A stretch of DNA of 64,000 nucleotides from sequence record SRR31156797_5074; one strand, written 5' to 3'. A program made the translations under genes and the position numbers. Below, piece after piece: positions 32,039 through 42,206 of the stretch (positions within the stretch are counted from its first letter, which is position 1; each line of letters opens with the position of its first letter). A model generated the notes under the pieces. It had not been told where the DNA came from and searched no databases. It was given only the letters and a program-made list of their open reading frames with translations.

Positions 32039-32821
32039 TTAGTTACGTTTAATAAACTGACTAAGCAAGAACACAATACTGGCACTAATTACCACTGAAG
32101 GGCCGGCTGGTGTGTCGAAATGCCAAGAGAGGGTCAACCCAGAAAGAACACTAATCATACCGATGGAAGAGGCGATAACAGCCATCTGTTCAGGCGTTTT
32201 GGCTACGCGTCTTGCTGTTGCTGCTGGAATAATAAGCAGTGATGTCATGATCATTGCACCAACAAACTTCATACCCACAGCGATAACTAAACCCACTAAC
32301 AACATGAGTACCAAACGCATTAAATCTGTATTGATACCTTCAACTGAAGCCAACTCCTCATTGACGCTGCTTGACAGTAGCGGACGCCAGAAAAGAAATA
32401 AGATAACCCCGACAACGGCGACACCACACCAGATAAATAACAGATCGGTAGGGTTAACGGCCAACAAATCGCCAAACAAATAGCTCATTAAATCGATACG
32501 TACGTTATCGAGAAAGCTGACCGCAATCAGGCCTAGAGAAAGTGAGCTGTGCGCCAATATACCGAGTAGAGTATCTGTCGCGACCAACTGCTGCTTTTGT
32601 AAGGTCACAAGCACCACGGCCAAACCTAAGCAGCAGATGAGTAGCGCAAAGTAGATGTTAATGTCGAGTAGGAAACCTAGCGCGATGCCCATCAACGAAG
32701 CGTGAGCGAGCGTATCGCCGAAATAAGCCATCTTTCGCCAAACGACGAAAGAGCCTAAAGGCCCAGCGATTAATGCGATGCCAATTCCAGCTAGGATTGG
32801 TGGAAGTAAAAATTCAATCAT
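32039..32821 (-). CDS. znuB: Zinc ABC transporter permease
   Basis: [30 protein letters not shown]; start trimmed to ATG 32821, overlapping the znuC stop. Confidence 0.95.
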   Translation of the reverse strand: MIEFLLPPILAGIGIALIAGPLGSFVVWRKMAYFGDTLAHASLMGIALGFLLDINIYFALLICCLGLAVVLVTLQKQQLVATDTLLGILAHSSLSLGLIAVSFLDNVRIDLMSYLFGDLLAVNPTDLLFIWCGVAVVGVILFLFWRPLLSSSVNEELASVEGINTDLMRLVLMLLVGLVIAVGMKFVGAMIMTSLLIIPAATARRVAKTPEQMAVIASSIGMISVLSGLTLSWHFDTPAGPSVVISASIVFLLSQFIKRN

Positions 32822-33602
32822 GTTGATGATGACCGTGAGAATGATGAGAACATGAATTTGCATCGCCTTTCACTGGTTGACCGGAAAGATCATGGTGATG
32901 ATGCTCGTGATGATGATGATAAAACGCTAAGGTTTCACGGCTGCGATCGCCAAATAACTCAATGTAGCTTGGATGCTGAGTGATGTGTTCTGGTGTTCCA
33001 GAGCAACACACATGATGGTGCAAACAGATCACTTCATCCGTTTTTGCCATCACAAGATGTAAGTCATGAGAAACCATAAAAACACCACAGCCAAATCTTT
33101 GGCGAATGGTATTGATCAGGTCATATAAATCGATTTGCCCTTGTACATCGACACCCTGAGCTGGTTCGTCAAGTACCAGTATATCTGGGCGTTGTAATAA
33201 CGCTCTTGCGAGAAGTATACGTTGGTTTTCACCACCCGATAACTTATGCATATCGTTATTCACTAAATGTTCGGCTCCGACTAATCGTAGCGCTTCTGCT
33301 AATTCTTGTCGGCTATACTTACCAGCGAGTTTGAGAAAGCGTTGAACCGTTAATGGCAAAGTGTCATTGAGTTTGAGCTTTTGGGGAACATAGCCAATCT
33401 TTAAGCCTTTTTGTTTGTTAACTTGGCCAGATGATGGCGAGTGTAGCCCGAGTAGTACCCGAACTAATGTTGATTTACCTGCGCCGTTTGGCCCAATTAG
33501 GGTGGTAATTTTACCTTTTAACAGAGTAAGATTGACGCGATCTAAAACTCGGAGTTGACCGAAATCTACACAGATATCTTTCAACTCAATAAGCGCTGAC
33601 AT
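32814..33602 (-). CDS. znuC: Zinc ABC transporter ATPase
   Basis: [22 protein letters not shown], His-rich C-terminal tail. Confidence 0.96.
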   Translation of the reverse strand: MSALIELKDICVDFGQLRVLDRVNLTLLKGKITTLIGPNGAGKSTLVRVLLGLHSPSSGQVNKQKGLKIGYVPQKLKLNDTLPLTVQRFLKLAGKYSRQELAEALRLVGAEHLVNNDMHKLSGGENQRILLARALLQRPDILVLDEPAQGVDVQGQIDLYDLINTIRQRFGCGVFMVSHDLHLVMAKTDEVICLHHHVCCSGTPEHITQHPSYIELFGDRSRETLAFYHHHHEHHHHDLSGQPVKGDANSCSHHSHGHHQHD

Positions 33603-33628
33603 TAATGGAACTCATTTGCAATTGACTG

Positions 33629-33645
33629 ATGTTATAATGTAACAT
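33629..33645. promoter_or_regulatory. Zur box in the divergent znuC/znuA promoter
   Basis: ATGTTATAATGTAACAT versus consensus ATGTTATAWTATAACAT. Confidence 0.85.
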
Positions 33646-33682
33646 TTATCCCAAATTAACGCTACAGGATATATAAAATCCC

Positions 33683-34570
33683 ATGTTTTTGAGACTAACT
33701 TTGTTGGTGAGCCTTGCTGTTGTGCCTTTATCTGCACTGGCGAATACCATTTTGACCAGTATTAAACCTATTCAGATGATAACCCATGAGCTGACTTTAG
33801 GTATAACAGAACCTGAAGTGTTACTTTCGGCTAATACATCACCTCATGACTACGCGTTACGACCTTCTGACGTAAAACGCATTCATAATAGTTCGTTGGT
33901 CATTTGGTTTGGCAGAGGTTTAGAGCCTTTTTTGGAAAAAATATTAAGTCAAAGAGACAATGTTCTCACCATCAGTGAAATCCCACAGCTTACATTGCGC
34001 GAATATGGTGCGGAAGGGCACGATCATGACCACGATGGGCATGACCATGGCCATTATGATCCTCATTTTTGGCTCGGGGTCGAACAAGTAAAGCAAGTCG
34101 CGGCTGCGATTACTCAAGCATTGACTTCGATGGATGGTACTAACAAAGACCTCTACCAAGCGAATTTAGAAAACTTTTTAGCTTCCTTACAGCAAACTGA
34201 TTCCGCTATAACAGCACAGCTAGCTAAGGTGAAACAACAACCGTATTACGTTTTTCATGAAGCTTACGATTATTTTGAGCAACAATATGGCATGAATAAC
34301 ATTGGGCATTTTACTGTCAGTCCTGATAGAAAGCCGGGTGCTAAAACATTGATAAGTATTCGTAAAGCGCTAGCCTCTAGCCAAGCGAAGTGTGTTTTTT
34401 CTGAACCTCAATTTCAACCAGCCGTTATTGAAAGCGTGGTTCGAGGCAGTGACGCAAGCATTGGGTTATTAGATCCGCTGGGCACAGACATCCCTGTCGG
34501 AGGTGGTAGCTATTTTGTATTTTTGCGCTCTTTAAGTGACAGTTATTACGATTGCCTATCGTCTGATTAG
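33683..34570 (+). CDS. znuA: Zinc ABC transporter solute-binding protein
   Basis: SPHDYALRPSD, His-rich loop, DPHFWL, FHEAY, FSEPQF, LDPLG. Confidence 0.96.
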   Translation: MFLRLTLLVSLAVVPLSALANTILTSIKPIQMITHELTLGITEPEVLLSANTSPHDYALRPSDVKRIHNSSLVIWFGRGLEPFLEKILSQRDNVLTISEIPQLTLREYGAEGHDHDHDGHDHGHYDPHFWLGVEQVKQVAAAITQALTSMDGTNKDLYQANLENFLASLQQTDSAITAQLAKVKQQPYYVFHEAYDYFEQQYGMNNIGHFTVSPDRKPGAKTLISIRKALASSQAKCVFSEPQFQPAVIESVVRGSDASIGLLDPLGTDIPVGGGSYFVFLRSLSDSYYDCLSSD

Positions 34571-34602
34571 AAACTAGTTTAATAGTGTTTAGTTTTCTAT
34601 TT

Positions 34603-34635
34603 AATGGCTTTAACCTCAGGTTAGAGCCATTTTTT
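34603..34635 (+). terminator. znuA terminator
   Basis: AATGGCTTTAACC-TCA-GGTTAGAGCCATTTTTT. Confidence 0.75.
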
Positions 34636-34779
34636 ATGTGATATGCACTATAAAAAGACAAGTTTTAAATTTTTTACCTGTCAAAACTGTTGTCTTTATA
34701 TACAATGGTAAAGTTATTTTGTTTTGAAAAATAACCTATTTACTGAAAGTTCCGCATTGGGTATTAGAAAGGACCAGTT

Positions 34780-37700
34780 TTGTATCGCTTTTTATTAGGT
34801 GTTAGTACCTTCTTTTACTTGTTTTCCTTCCCTATAGCAGCAATTGAAAAGCTGCCATCGGTTTTTTATCCGTTACCTACACAGACTCAAGGAAAAGTGT
34901 ACTCGGCCCAAAATTTATTTGTTGGTGACGAGGGAGGGATATGGATTCATGATGTCCACGGTAAGGTCCGCTTTTTTGATGGACAAAATGTTTTACCCAA
35001 TCAGGGAGCAATTTTAAATAAAAATTATCAGCTTCTTACCTACTTAAATAGTGCATTTTGGATAGTGGATGGTAGAGCGTTATACCAAACATCCTCAACT
35101 AACAAACTTCAAAAGGTCATAGACCTACCTGTAGGGACAGTGATCGAAAAAATCGGTGTCTCCGGTCATTCAGTTTGGCTTGCCAGTAAGAACCACTTTT
35201 ATACTTACAATACTGTATCTGGACTGTTCGAGACTTATTCTTTGGATGCGCTTGCACATTTTGATCGAACCAAGAGAGTGGTCGTTAATGACGCCAAGTT
35301 TGGCATCTCTAAATGGGTGCTCGCGACGAATTCAGGTGTTTTCATTTCAGAAAATCAAGGTTTTACACATATTCCAAGATCGGGCGATGATTATGTCGAA
35401 ACCTTGTTTTTTTCAGAGAAACGCAGAGAAATGCTGATTGGTACCTTAAATGGCGTATTAATTGTTGATCTGCAAAATAAGAAAAACGCGCCTAAGCGAG
35501 TGGCTAAATCTCATGTTTTATCAATGGCAGAAACCGAAAATGAGTATTGGATTGGTACTGAAAATGGTCTTTTTGTCTATTCGCTGATCTCTGAAGTGAC
35601 AACCAAACTGAAGAGTAGTGTCCATCATGAGTATTCACTCAAAGGTCAGAAAATCTTCTCATTGGTCAACGATACACTGGGCGGTATTTGGATAGCGTCT
35701 GAGAAAGGTGTCTTTTACTACTCAATGTTTGGACAAAAATTTAATCGCTTTTTACCCAAACAAATTACGCCACAAACTTTCAGTAATGATGTTAAGGCGG
35801 TGCATGCGTTAAATGCTCATCTCTATCTGCTCACCACTGGCGATGGTGTTTATCAGTTAAGCCTGAGTAAGCAAATTAACAAAAAGGTACTCGTTCATCG
35901 GCAAGTGAACGACTCTGTTTGGGTGAACCAAGAACTATGGTTAGCGACCAATGACGGTTTAATTAAGTATAACCCTTATAGTGAAATGCTTGTTGAAGAT
36001 CTTCCACTGCCAGTAATGTTACATCACAGCCAGATTGACCGTTTAGAAGTGGATCACTCAGGCAACTTATGGGGCATCTCCGGCAACAAATTATGGTCAT
36101 TCAATCCGGCTAGTAACCAACTCCTAGATTATGGTGATGATTGGTTAGTGGATGCTTACTTACCCGCGACGATTACTCAACTGGTTGCGACCAACGATAA
36201 CGGGATTGTGATTGGTACAGAGCACGGCACATATCGAGTGAATCAGCAAAAAGTGATATTTGATATTGATAGTCATGCATTTGGGCAAAGTCATTATGTT
36301 CTAGAAGATAGCCAATCGAATGTGTGGTTTGCCGCCGATTATGGCGTTTACAAGTTAAATAGTGACACCGGTCTGCTTAAACCTATCGCCTTGGCTGAAG
36401 ATAGTATTAGCCCCAAGTGTTTGATGGAGACACCGCAAGGCATATGGTTGTCTTCTTCACGAGGCCTCACCTTATATACGTTTAATGGTGATGTGAAGAA
36501 GCACTTTGGTGAGCCGTATGGATTGATTAATAACGAATTTTTACCAGGGATTTGTACTTCTAATGGTGCTGCTGACTATCCGCAGCTTGTGATAGGCTCA
36601 ACTCAAGGCTTGGTAAAAGTGTCGGCCGATGAGTTAGCAGTATCTCGTTTACCCAATTCTCCAGTGATCGTCAGCCAAATAAAAATTGATGAGGATTTGC
36701 TCTCGGTTGGCAGCCAAGTCGAGTTTAGCTTCGACTATGGAAAAGTTCTGAGGCTCTCCTTTGGTTCATTGCCTCAAACCGTCAACTCTAAGTTGGAGTA
36801 TCGGGTGAATGATAGCTCTATATGGCAATCCATTGACGGAACTCAACTTACCCTCGACCATTTAAGACCTGGTAATCATCGGTTGCATTTGCGTAACGCA
36901 AACTCTATGCAAATGAACAATGTTGAAACTCGTCTCGCTTTCCGGGTTATTGAACCTTGGTACATGACGACAGTGGCTTTAGTTATTTACATCTGCATCA
37001 CAATCTTTGTATTGGTCTTCGTATTTTGGTCGCGATCAAGATTGATGGCTAAAGCAAACAGAATTCTAAAAGAACAAGTTAATCTAAAAACCAGTCAGTT
37101 ACGTCACCAGAGTAAAGTGGTATTGAGTAACAACCTGCAGCTAAGAAAGCAGATTCAGGTTCGACATGCACTGCTCGAGAACATCCTTGATGCAATAGAG
37201 CCGCGAGTCGAAAAAATTGCTGTGGGTGCCCATAACGCGAAACAAATGGAGTTGGAAGCATTAGCCCTAGAAGTGCAGAGAGAGCTAGAGCAAGTTAAAA
37301 ATATTCGCTTAGATAGCGAGTCTGCAAAGCTTGTTCACGATATTGCTCCGGTTTTGGAGTCTGCCGTGAGAAGTTGGCGACATGAGTTCTCTGTTGCAGG
37401 AATGAAAATAGAGTTAGATATACCGTCTGCGAAAAATTATGTGGAACTGTCACAGTTTAATCTCGATGTCATATTTAATACTTTATTGTCAGAAGCGATA
37501 AAGCGTTTGTACAAAGCTCAGGTGCTTCATATTAAGTGCTACCAGCTAGATCAGCGCATAATTGTATTGATGAGTGATCAAGGTGTTTGTGCTCAAAGTG
37601 TCACGCAAGCAATGGCGACGACCTCTGGATTTGCTCTGTTGCAACTGCAAGAACTCGTTAAGGTATCTGGGGGAGATATGAACGTATTTACCTCTAAAGA

Positions 37701-38130
37701 GCAAAACGTTGTTCAGTTATCTTGGCCTTTTGCGGATGTAGAAAAAGAGTCGAGGGGTATAGAGTCCTATACCAAGTACACTGATGAACAGATTATCGAT
37801 CAGTCTGAGTCAGATTGGTTTTGTAAGGTGGAACAACTTGTCTCGGAACAGTATTCGGATCCGGAATTTAGCACCGCAACCGTGATTAAAGCCTTATTCA
37901 TGTCTGAGCGCAGTTTCCAAAGGCGTTTTAAATCTGTCACTGGCAAAACGTTTAAGGAGTACCTCAACCAGATTCGCTTAGAAAAGGCCTGTCAGCGTTT
38001 GTTAAGCGGAGAGAAAGTTTCGCAAGTGGCCTATGAAAGCGGCTTCAATGACCCGTCTTACTTTAGTCAAAGGTTTAAAAACTACTTCGGTTTGTCGCCG
38101 ACTCAGTTTGTTGATGAGCACCAAGATTAA
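34780..38130 (+). CDS. tfoS: Membrane-spanning chito-oligosaccharide-sensing AraC regulator TfoS
   Basis: Signal peptide, periplasmic beta-propeller repeats, Y_Y_Y-like domain, TM helix after PWY, C-terminal AraC HTH (GFNDPSYFSQRFK); synteny znuA-tfoS-tfoR-feoA as recalled from V. cholerae. Confidence 0.88.
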   Translation: MYRFLLGVSTFFYLFSFPIAAIEKLPSVFYPLPTQTQGKVYSAQNLFVGDEGGIWIHDVHGKVRFFDGQNVLPNQGAILNKNYQLLTYLNSAFWIVDGRALYQTSSTNKLQKVIDLPVGTVIEKIGVSGHSVWLASKNHFYTYNTVSGLFETYSLDALAHFDRTKRVVVNDAKFGISKWVLATNSGVFISENQGFTHIPRSGDDYVETLFFSEKRREMLIGTLNGVLIVDLQNKKNAPKRVAKSHVLSMAETENEYWIGTENGLFVYSLISEVTTKLKSSVHHEYSLKGQKIFSLVNDTLGGIWIASEKGVFYYSMFGQKFNRFLPKQITPQTFSNDVKAVHALNAHLYLLTTGDGVYQLSLSKQINKKVLVHRQVNDSVWVNQELWLATNDGLIKYNPYSEMLVEDLPLPVMLHHSQIDRLEVDHSGNLWGISGNKLWSFNPASNQLLDYGDDWLVDAYLPATITQLVATNDNGIVIGTEHGTYRVNQQKVIFDIDSHAFGQSHYVLEDSQSNVWFAADYGVYKLNSDTGLLKPIALAEDSISPKCLMETPQGIWLSSSRGLTLYTFNGDVKKHFGEPYGLINNEFLPGICTSNGAADYPQLVIGSTQGLVKVSADELAVSRLPNSPVIVSQIKIDEDLLSVGSQVEFSFDYGKVLRLSFGSLPQTVNSKLEYRVNDSSIWQSIDGTQLTLDHLRPGNHRLHLRNANSMQMNNVETRLAFRVIEPWYMTTVALVIYICITIFVLVFVFWSRSRLMAKANRILKEQVNLKTSQLRHQSKVVLSNNLQLRKQIQVRHALLENILDAIEPRVEKIAVGAHNAKQMELEALALEVQRELEQVKNIRLDSESAKLVHDIAPVLESAVRSWRHEFSVAGMKIELDIPSAKNYVELSQFNLDVIFNTLLSEAIKRLYKAQVLHIKCYQLDQRIIVLMSDQGVCAQSVTQAMATTSGFALLQLQELVKVSGGDMNVFTSKEQNVVQLSWPFADVEKESRGIESYTKYTDEQIIDQSESDWFCKVEQLVSEQYSDPEFSTATVIKALFMSERSFQRRFKSVTGKTFKEYLNQIRLEKACQRLLSGEKVSQVAYESGFNDPSYFSQRFKNYFGLSPTQFVDEHQD

Positions 38131-38415
38131 TTGCTGCTCATCATCCTACCAACGTAATCCTTTTTATCTATATTTCTTAACGTGAACCCGCTTTGCGGGA
38201 AACATAGTGAATGTCTCTTCTATTGTAATAACACAATGGTTTGTCGTCGTTTCTCGAAGCCAATAAGTATTAGCCGTCTTTGAATACACGAGATCTCAAG
38301 CCTCACTAAGCTTTGTTGTTTATATGTGGTGGTTTGTTTCTGGGTGACGCCCAAATGCTATAGAAGGCTAAGTGACACGCGAGTGGGGATTTGAAAAGGA
38401 AAGGTAGCAGTAGAG

Positions 38416-38533
38416 AAAAAAAACCGTGGTGTAGCCGGGGGACCACACCACGGGTGCCAATGACACCTTCGCTTGCTGCCGGAGTGACATACCATCACTT
38501 CTGGAATAAAAGTCTTCGAGAATGTTTGAAGAC
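38416..38533 (-). ncRNA. tfoR: TfoR-like sRNA (activator of tfoX translation)
   Basis: Lies in the tfoS-feoA spacer; -10 TATAGT at 38545-38540; predicted +1 opens a GTCTTC/GAAGAC hairpin; ends in CCGTGGTGTGG...CTACACCACGG-T8 terminator. Confidence 0.75.
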
Positions 38534-38565
38534 GAAGTGACTATAAACAACGGAGCGGTAATTCC

Positions 38566-38605
38566 CTTATAAAATTAACGACAATTTCCTATAAGAAAAA
38601 CGCCA
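38566..38605 (-). promoter_or_regulatory. Tandem direct repeats, candidate TfoS binding sites
   Basis: TGGCGTTTTTCTTATAGG and TGTCGTTAATTTTATAAG on the minus strand, 22-bp period; the proximal copy overlaps the -35 position. Confidence 0.55.
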
Positions 38606-38771
38606 CTCTTTGATTTTGCGGTTAAGCTGTTGAATTTAATTGGTTTTATTTTGTAATGGTGTTTTATTATTAGCGGTTAGGTTTAATGGAATAGAAATTG
38701 GACTGCTTAGTTTTGACGTTTTTGACGAGAATTTTTGATAATTGAATCGTTGATTATCAAATTAGCAATTA

Positions 38772-38785
38772 TTGATTTCACTCAA
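38772..38785. promoter_or_regulatory. FNR box upstream of feoA
   Basis: TTGAT-TTCA-CTCAA, 9/10 match to TTGAT-N4-ATCAA. Confidence 0.65.
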
Positions 38786-38827
38786 TATTCATACAGCGAA
38801 TGGAGCGTATCATTTGACTATTATCTA

Positions 38828-38846
38828 AATAAAAATATTTCTCATT
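38828..38846. promoter_or_regulatory. Fur box upstream of feoA
   Basis: AATAAAAATATTTCTCATT, close to the AATGAnAATnATTnTCATT form. Confidence 0.7.
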
Positions 38847-38872
38847 AACAATACGGACTGGCGGAAGTACTA

Positions 38873-39100
38873 ATGAAATTGTCTGACTTAAAAGAGGGCG
38901 AACGAGGAACCGTTCAAACAATGGAAGGTTTGTCGAACGATGTAAGGAAAAAGCTCATGGTAATGGGGCTGTTACCAAGAACAGAAGTTACATTGATCCG
39001 TCGTGCTCCGATGGGAGATCCACTTCAAGTTGAAGTGAGAGGAATATCTTTGGCGGTGCGTGAAAGCATTGCTTCGGCCATTGAAGTGGAGAAAGCATAA
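38873..39100 (+). CDS. feoA: Ferrous iron transport protein A
   Basis: KLMVMGLLP, RAPMGDP; SH3-like FeoA. Confidence 0.96.
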   Translation: MKLSDLKEGERGTVQTMEGLSNDVRKKLMVMGLLPRTEVTLIRRAPMGDPLQVEVRGISLAVRESIASAIEVEKA

Positions 39101-41373
39101 TGCAATATCAACTACTCACTGTCGGAAACCCAAATAGTGGTAAAACCACACTGTTTAACGGCTTGACCGGAGCGAAGCAGCAAGTTGGTAACTGGGCTGG
39201 TGTCACCGTGGAGAAAAAAACCGGTCGCTACTCCCATTCTGGTGATGATTTTAGATTAACGGATTTACCCGGAATCTATGCTTTAGATAGCGGTAATGAC
39301 AGTAATAGTATTGATGAATCCATCGCTTCTCGTGCAGTACTGACTCACCCGGCGGATCTTATTATTAACGTTGTTGATGTAACGAGTCTAGAACGTAGCT
39401 TATACATGACATTGCAGTTACGTGAGCTCGGCCGACCAATGGTTGTGGTACTGAATAAGATGGACGCATTAAAGCGTGAGCGTCAAACTATTGATACTAA
39501 GCTTCTGGCTAAAATGTTGGGCTGCCCTGTTTTTACTCTCTCTGCCAACAGTCGAGGTCAAGTCCGCCAGTTTAAAGAGAAACTACACAAGGCACTGATA
39601 CAAGGTGTAGCCCTGAAAGATATTGAATTAGATTACGGTGAAAAATTCGAATCAGCCATTGAGCAGCTAAAACCGTTGTTTACTGAACAAGAAGCTTCGG
39701 CTAGAGCTTTAGCTATTCGAGCATTAGAAAATGATTTGATGGTCATTAATGGTTTATCAGAGTCCAATCGTGCTTTGGTCAGTCGTCAACAACAAGGTTG
39801 TGGGTTAGACATTGACTTGCACGTCGCAGATACCAAATACACTTTCCTGCATGAGCAATGTAAGCAAATTCGTTGTAGTGAGCATAAGTTGAGCCACAGC
39901 TTTACTCAAAAGGCAGACCAAATCATCCTCAACAAGTGGGTTGGTGTACCTTTCTTTTTTGCTGTGATGTACCTGATGTTTATGTTCTCAATTAACATCG
40001 GTAGTGCTTTTATTGATTTCTTTGATATTGGTGTTGGTGCGCTGTTGGTCGATGGTGGCCATTACCTATTCGATGATCACCTGCCAGTTTGGTTAACTAC
40101 AATCTTAGTCGACGGTATTGGTGGCGGTATTCAAACTGTTGCGACGTTCATTCCTGTTATTGCTTGTTTGTATCTATTTTTAGCTATTCTTGAAAGCTCT
40201 GGTTATATGTCTCGTGCAGCGTTTGTACTGGATAAAGTGATGCAGAAAATTGGTTTGCCAGGAAAAGCATTTGTCCCTCTGGTTCTTGGCTTTGGCTGTA
40301 ATGTACCTTCTATCATGGCAACGCGGACTTTGGACCAAGAGCGTGAACGAAAACTCGCTGCATCCATGGCTCCGTTTATGTCTTGTGGTGCGCGCCTACC
40401 TGTATACGCTTTGTTTGCAGCGGCATTTTTCCCGGATAACGGTCAAAACATTGTGTTTGTACTTTATCTTATGGGGATTGTGGCTGCGGTATTTACCGGT
40501 TGGGTGCTCAAAAAGACACTTTATCCGGGTGCAAGCGATAGTTTGGTTATGGAGATGCCTAACTACGAGTTACCGACACTCCAAAACGTATTAATTAAAA
40601 CTTGGCAGAAATTAAGCCGCTTTGTTCTAGGGGCTGGTAAGACGATTGTATTAGTCGTGGCTATCTTAAGCTTCCTTAACTCTGTCGGTACTGACGGTTC
40701 ATTTGGTAATGAAGACAGTGAAGCCTCTGTATTATCAAAAGCGGCTCAAGTCGTCACGCCAGTATTTTCACCGCTAGGTATTAACCAAGATAACTGGCCA
40801 GCGACTGTGGGTATTATCACGGGTATCTTTGCCAAAGAAGCGGTTGTCGGAACATTAAACAGTCTCTACACCTCTGCTGATGATGACGAAGGGGCCGAAT
40901 TTGATCTGATGGCAAGTTTAGAAGAAGCCGTTATGTCAATTCCTGATAACTTGATGGGGTTGAGCTTTTCAGATCCGCTTGGTATTGAAGTCGGTGATTT
41001 GACTGATAACGCAGCAGTAGCCGAAGATCAAGAAGTCGATTCATCGATCTTTGGCAACTTAAACTCTCACTTTGAAAGTGGTAGTGCAGCGTTTGCTTAC
41101 TTAATTATGATCTTGCTTTACACACCATGCGTTGCAGCAATGGGTGCTTATGTACGTGAGTTTGGCAAGAAGTACTCCTATTTCATCGCATCTTGGACAA
41201 TGGGATTGGCTTACGGTAGTTCGGTGTTGTTCTATCAAGTAATGACATTCTCACAACACCCAGCTGCGAGCAGCGTGTGGATTGTAGCTATTTTAGTGGC
41301 TTATTATGCGGTGTTTGTGTGGCTTAAGAATGAAGGTAAGAAACAGCGCTCTCTTGAGGTGCAAGTGGCATGA
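39100..41373 (+). CDS. feoB: Ferrous iron transporter B
   Basis: GNPNSGKT, VGNWAGVTVE, DLPG, NKMD, GFGCNVP, PFMSCGAR. Confidence 0.98.
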   Translation: MQYQLLTVGNPNSGKTTLFNGLTGAKQQVGNWAGVTVEKKTGRYSHSGDDFRLTDLPGIYALDSGNDSNSIDESIASRAVLTHPADLIINVVDVTSLERSLYMTLQLRELGRPMVVVLNKMDALKRERQTIDTKLLAKMLGCPVFTLSANSRGQVRQFKEKLHKALIQGVALKDIELDYGEKFESAIEQLKPLFTEQEASARALAIRALENDLMVINGLSESNRALVSRQQQGCGLDIDLHVADTKYTFLHEQCKQIRCSEHKLSHSFTQKADQIILNKWVGVPFFFAVMYLMFMFSINIGSAFIDFFDIGVGALLVDGGHYLFDDHLPVWLTTILVDGIGGGIQTVATFIPVIACLYLFLAILESSGYMSRAAFVLDKVMQKIGLPGKAFVPLVLGFGCNVPSIMATRTLDQERERKLAASMAPFMSCGARLPVYALFAAAFFPDNGQNIVFVLYLMGIVAAVFTGWVLKKTLYPGASDSLVMEMPNYELPTLQNVLIKTWQKLSRFVLGAGKTIVLVVAILSFLNSVGTDGSFGNEDSEASVLSKAAQVVTPVFSPLGINQDNWPATVGIITGIFAKEAVVGTLNSLYTSADDDEGAEFDLMASLEEAVMSIPDNLMGLSFSDPLGIEVGDLTDNAAVAEDQEVDSSIFGNLNSHFESGSAAFAYLIMILLYTPCVAAMGAYVREFGKKYSYFIASWTMGLAYGSSVLFYQVMTFSQHPAASSVWIVAILVAYYAVFVWLKNEGKKQRSLEVQVA

Positions 41374-41600
41374 TACTGACGGAACTGAAACAGGCGATAG
41401 AAGCTCAGGGCAGCGTAACGCGCAAGGAGTTGGCACAACGCTTTTCGATCAGTGAAGATGGGGTTGATGCCATGCTGGCGATTTGGATTAAAAAAGGGGT
41501 TATTTCGCGCCTTATTGATACCAATGTCGCTCAATACGTTACCCGCGTTCGTTATGTAATGAACAAAGCCAATAGCCTCTCAATAACGGTGACTATGTAA
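41370..41600 (+). CDS. feoC: FeoC-like winged-helix protein (no Cys)
   Basis: Directly after feoB with 4-bp overlap; HTH-like ELAQRF..GVDAMLAIWIKKG. Confidence 0.85.
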   Translation: MILTELKQAIEAQGSVTRKELAQRFSISEDGVDAMLAIWIKKGVISRLIDTNVAQYVTRVRYVMNKANSLSITVTM

Positions 41601-41621
41601 GTCATTCGCGTTATCTAAAAT

Positions 41622-41651
41622 AACAAAAGCCGCATTAGCGGCTTTTGTTTT
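41622..41651. terminator. Bidirectional terminator between feoC and the HIT gene
   Basis: AACAAAAGCCGC-ATTA-GCGGCTTTTGTTTT. Confidence 0.85.
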
Positions 41652-41671
41652 ATCTCATTATCTAGATCTGG

Positions 41672-42100
41672 TTAAGCAGACACGAACTGTGAACTTAGAG
41701 ATAGAAGGCTACGTAACTTGTTTAGCATCTCGTTTTGCTGAGCCTCATCTCGGAAAATACCTTTTGTATTTCCCCAAATAGGTCCTGGCCAAGCTATATC
41801 GTCTTTGAATCTTGCAATGTGATGTATGTGGAGCTGAGGCACCATATTGCCTAACGCACCTAAATTGAGTTTATCGGGCTGAAACTGAGCTTCTAGCGCT
41901 TGGTTAATCGCTTGTGATTCCACCAGAAACTGCTGCTGTTCTTTCATTGGTAAATGATGGAGCTCTTTTAGATCCGCTTTCTTTGGAACGAGAATTACCC
42001 AAGGTACCGCATTGTCTTTGTGGAGCAAGGCAACACAGAGAGGGAAGTGCCCAATAACATCAGTATCTTTGGCCAATTGAGGGTGAAGGTGAAAACTCAT
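41672..42100 (-). CDS. HIT family hydrolase
   Basis: GNMVPQLHIHHIAR HIT motif; start trimmed to ATG 42100. Confidence 0.9.
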   Translation of the reverse strand: MSFHLHPQLAKDTDVIGHFPLCVALLHKDNAVPWVILVPKKADLKELHHLPMKEQQQFLVESQAINQALEAQFQPDKLNLGALGNMVPQLHIHHIARFKDDIAWPGPIWGNTKGIFRDEAQQNEMLNKLRSLLSLSSQFVSA

Positions 42101-42148
42101 ATAAATACATCCGTGAACTAAACTGATTCGATTATACGGTAAGCCGAC

Positions 42149-42178
42149 AAAAAAAGGTTGGCGACTTGCCAACCTTTT
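42149..42178 (-). terminator. argS terminator
   Basis: AAAAAAAGGTTGGC-GACTT-GCCAACCTTTT. Confidence 0.85.
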
Positions 42179-42206
42179 CATCAATCGTTTGTCTGGAAAG
42201 ACTCGA

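Noticed and set aside
34780..38130. Large sensor-AraC fusion as a novel hybrid two-component system
   Set aside because: Architecture and synteny match the already described TfoS
38368..38550. 60-aa ORF on the minus strand in the tfoS-feoA spacer
   Set aside because: Starts upstream of the predicted +1 and reads through the terminator; the region is better explained as the TfoR sRNA
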